IMG/VR virus record: IMGVR_UViG_3300046836_000099
Coordinates: 1-56,703 of that record
From: a virus
Taxonomy: Duplodnaviria > Caudoviricetes
DNA: 56,703 bases
Strand: one strand, 5' to 3'
Shown here: positions 55,047-56,703 of the stretch, in pieces
How the letters are laid out: each line of letters begins with the position of its first letter
How positions within the stretch are numbered: position 1 is the first letter of the stretch
Translations under genes and position numbers: made by a program
The notes under the pieces: generated by a model
Database searches by the model: none
Told to the model about the DNA's origin: nothing
Seen by the model: the letters and a program-made list of their open reading frames with translations, nothing else

Positions 55047-55585
55047 TTGATGTTCTCTCCTTGGTATTGTTGTACTATTGGCTGTACGTCACTTACAAAC
55101 TTATTGAATCTAGCAACGAAGTCGTCGTGTTGCTTCTGAATCTCAACTAATGCTTGGACAATATCAAGACCTCCTAGTCGTTTGTCCATGTCGTCCAACC
55201 GTGCTCGGAGTATAGCAGACTCGTCGCGGTGTGTCAACCCCTGCCGCGAAATTATTTCGTCCTGCCACACGTCCATAGTCGGTGGATTGAATAAAATGAT
55301 TACAGTAGGTAAGCTACCTCTGCCTTGTTCAACTTGTTCAATGCACCCCAATGCGCGTAATTGATTCATCACCCGCTTATATACACCGTCAGGGATGCTA
55401 ACTTCTTTAGTCGCGTGAGTGAGCCTACCGCGCCACACAAGCAACCTTGAGTCGTCAACCTCTTCGTAAATTGCATTGTCCTCAAACAGCGAATAGAGTG
55501 CTGCACAATAACTCTGCAACTTCGGTTGACGTAACTCTGTGTCCTTACTAGGATTCGACAACTCTTTCTTCCTCTGGAATAGCAT
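55043..55585 (-). CDS. Winged-helix-like DNA-binding protein with C-terminal coiled coil
   Basis: YKRVMNQLRALGCIEQVEQGRG wHTH-like pattern. Confidence 0.65.
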   Translation of the reverse strand: MLFQRKKELSNPSKDTELRQPKLQSYCAALYSLFEDNAIYEEVDDSRLLVWRGRLTHATKEVSIPDGVYKRVMNQLRALGCIEQVEQGRGSLPTVIILFNPPTMDVWQDEIISRQGLTHRDESAILRARLDDMDKRLGGLDIVQALVEIQKQHDDFVARFNKFVSDVQPIVQQYQGENIK

Positions 55586-55850
55586 TATAGCCTGAGATAA
55601 AGCAATACCTACAAATGTACTTGCCTTTCACTTCTGCTACAATGTTCGTTCCGTTGTCTGTCTTAGGTCTAGGATCACAACAATCAGGGTTTTGACAACC
55701 GTTCTCTCTGATATGATGACTAAGTTTGAACCAGACCTGTATCTCTCTTACTTCCGTAGGATCAGCTTTAGTTCTACCGCCTCCCCCACGTCTCGGTTTA
55801 TTTGAATCTTCGAGAAGTAATGCTTTGGCTTGCTGCGGCGTTAGTGGCAT
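55548..55850 (-). CDS. Zinc-binding hypothetical protein
   Basis: CQNPDC...ICRYC. Confidence 0.7.
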   Translation of the reverse strand: MPLTPQQAKALLLEDSNKPRRGGGGRTKADPTEVREIQVWFKLSHHIRENGCQNPDCCDPRPKTDNGTNIVAEVKGKYICRYCFISGYNAIPEEERVVES

Positions 55851-56119
55851 TATTTATCGAACTGCTCCTTCCAAACTGTGAAGGCTTCATCAGTCATAAC
55901 AAAGTGATATTCACTACTACCGTAAATCTTGGTACGCTTAAGAATCTTTCTATCCCACAGTCTACGTAGGATAGAACGTATCTGACCTCTAGTAAAATGG
56001 TGATAGTCGTAGAAATCACCATCGTATAGGTTGTTAAGTCGTCCTGTCAGTTGGTTAACAGTCATCGTGTTCTCACTAAGAATCTTGCATACTTTCTGCT
56101 GATTAGCTGTCAATTGCAT
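55850..56119 (-). CDS. Winged-helix DNA-binding protein
   Basis: LTANQQKVCKIL..MTVNQL...IRSILRRLWDRKILKR (MarR/BlaI-like). Confidence 0.7.
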   Translation of the reverse strand: MQLTANQQKVCKILSENTMTVNQLTGRLNNLYDGDFYDYHHFTRGQIRSILRRLWDRKILKRTKIYGSSEYHFVMTDEAFTVWKEQFDK

Positions 56120-56417
56120 TCTTCACAGCCTCCGCATCACGAAGAGTCTTGAATGAAAAGTAACCCATCGGCACAAATCCACCTGTGGAGGGCTTGACAC
56201 GAACATTGTCCTCGTTGTACTTAAGATCGAATCTCACTCCGTTACGAAACACAACATACGGAGAATCACTCTTAACTGCATTCGCTAGCCTAATCATGTT
56301 CTCTTCACCAGGCCAGTGTTTCGGTTCATCCTGCCTATTAGCTGATTGCCTAAGCAGGTTCTTTGCCATATCCTTACTAAGAACTTTGTGTTGCTCTGGC
56401 ATTATTGCATCCACCAT
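56103..56417 (-). CDS. Hypothetical protein
   Basis: ORF; start may be ATG near 56402. Confidence 0.65.
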   Translation of the reverse strand: MVDAIMPEQHKVLSKDMAKNLLRQSANRQDEPKHWPGEENMIRLANAVKSDSPYVVFRNGVRFDLKYNEDNVRVKPSTGGFVPMGYFSFKTLRDAEAVKNAIDS

Positions 56418-56530
56418 CCAATTAGTATTCCGAAACAGATGCCAGCAATGACACCAATAGTAAAGCCAAGACAGCCAGCCTTAAGCTCGCTAAAGAAAAC
56501 GTCATCTGCGTGACTATCGTATTCACTCAC
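56402..56530 (-). CDS. Small single-TM membrane protein, 42 aa
   Basis: MSEYDSHADD...GCLGFTIGVIAGICFGILIGWWMQ; GGAG RBS. Confidence 0.6.
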   Translation of the reverse strand: MSEYDSHADDVFFSELKAGCLGFTIGVIAGICFGILIGWWMQ

Positions 56531-56703
56531 TTATCTCCAACCATTCTTCGATGTATCTCCGAGTAAGAGATACGGAGTGGTCATTTACCGAACTAATCCA
56601 CAGTCGGTTGATTCCTTTAGACTCAAGGCCCGCAATGATACGGTCTTTTGACTGTTGTTCTTTAACACGTACATCTTCTTCGCGTTGAGCAATTAGTTCC
56701 TTC
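56523..56703 (-). CDS. C-terminal part of a hypothetical protein, 5'-truncated at window edge
   Basis: Open frame KELIAQREEDVRVKEQ...WLEISE*. Confidence 0.6.
   Translation of the reverse strand, partial: KELIAQREEDVRVKEQQSKDRIIAGLESKGINRLWISSVNDHSVSLTRRYIEEWLEISE

Larger units (their letters stand above)
1..56703. mobile_element. Near-complete tailed phage genome (siphovirus-like, probably lytic, probable actinobacterial host)
   Basis: Ordered terminase-portal-protease-capsid-tail-tape measure-lysis module plus replication genes; no bacterial housekeeping genes; no integrase recognised. Confidence 0.95.

Noticed and set aside
36383-56451. Plus-strand ORFs within the leftward replication region (e.g. 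44378..44749, 45854..46318)
   Set aside because: Antisense shadows; 44378..44749 overlaps a tRNA

Overview
The window looks like a near-complete genome of a tailed dsDNA phage with siphovirus-type morphogenesis genes. An actinobacterial host is inferred from an Rpf-family gene, a Vap-family gene and sigma70/HrdB-type promoters. It has three blocks. (1) About 1-8.8 kb, minus strand: many small early genes with three near-consensus TTGACA/TAnnCT promoters and seven related intergenic stem-loops, each sitting directly upstream of an RBS. (2) About 9.3-36.3 kb, plus strand: a fibre/appendage module upstream of terminase, including a 1342-aa protein with about 35 20-aa repeats. Then come terminase, Mu-like portal/protease/capsid genes, tail genes with a -1 frameshifted chaperone, tape measure and a lysis cassette (PG-binding + NlpC/P60 endolysin). 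(3) About 36.4-56.7 kb, minus strand: beta-helix protein, HD protein, RuvC-like resolvase, family A DNA polymerase with a degenerate N-terminal UDG-like domain, primase-helicase, tRNA-Leu(UAA), tRNA-Ile2(CAU), SSB, Sak4-like ATPase, Cas4-like exonuclease and SNF2 helicase. The most unusual elements are: a signal-peptide precursor with tandem Arg-terminated decapeptides next to a Rhodococcus VapA-family gene; a stand-alone secreted Rpf downstream of a 1.1-kb hairpin-dense region with its own promoter; the conserved stem-loop family; a gene looped out by a 33-bp RNA stem; probable non-canonical starts (ATA, ATT); and ORFs that begin 2 nt after each tRNA. No integrase, repressor or CRISPR array was recognised. 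All family assignments come from motif recognition by eye, not from database searches.
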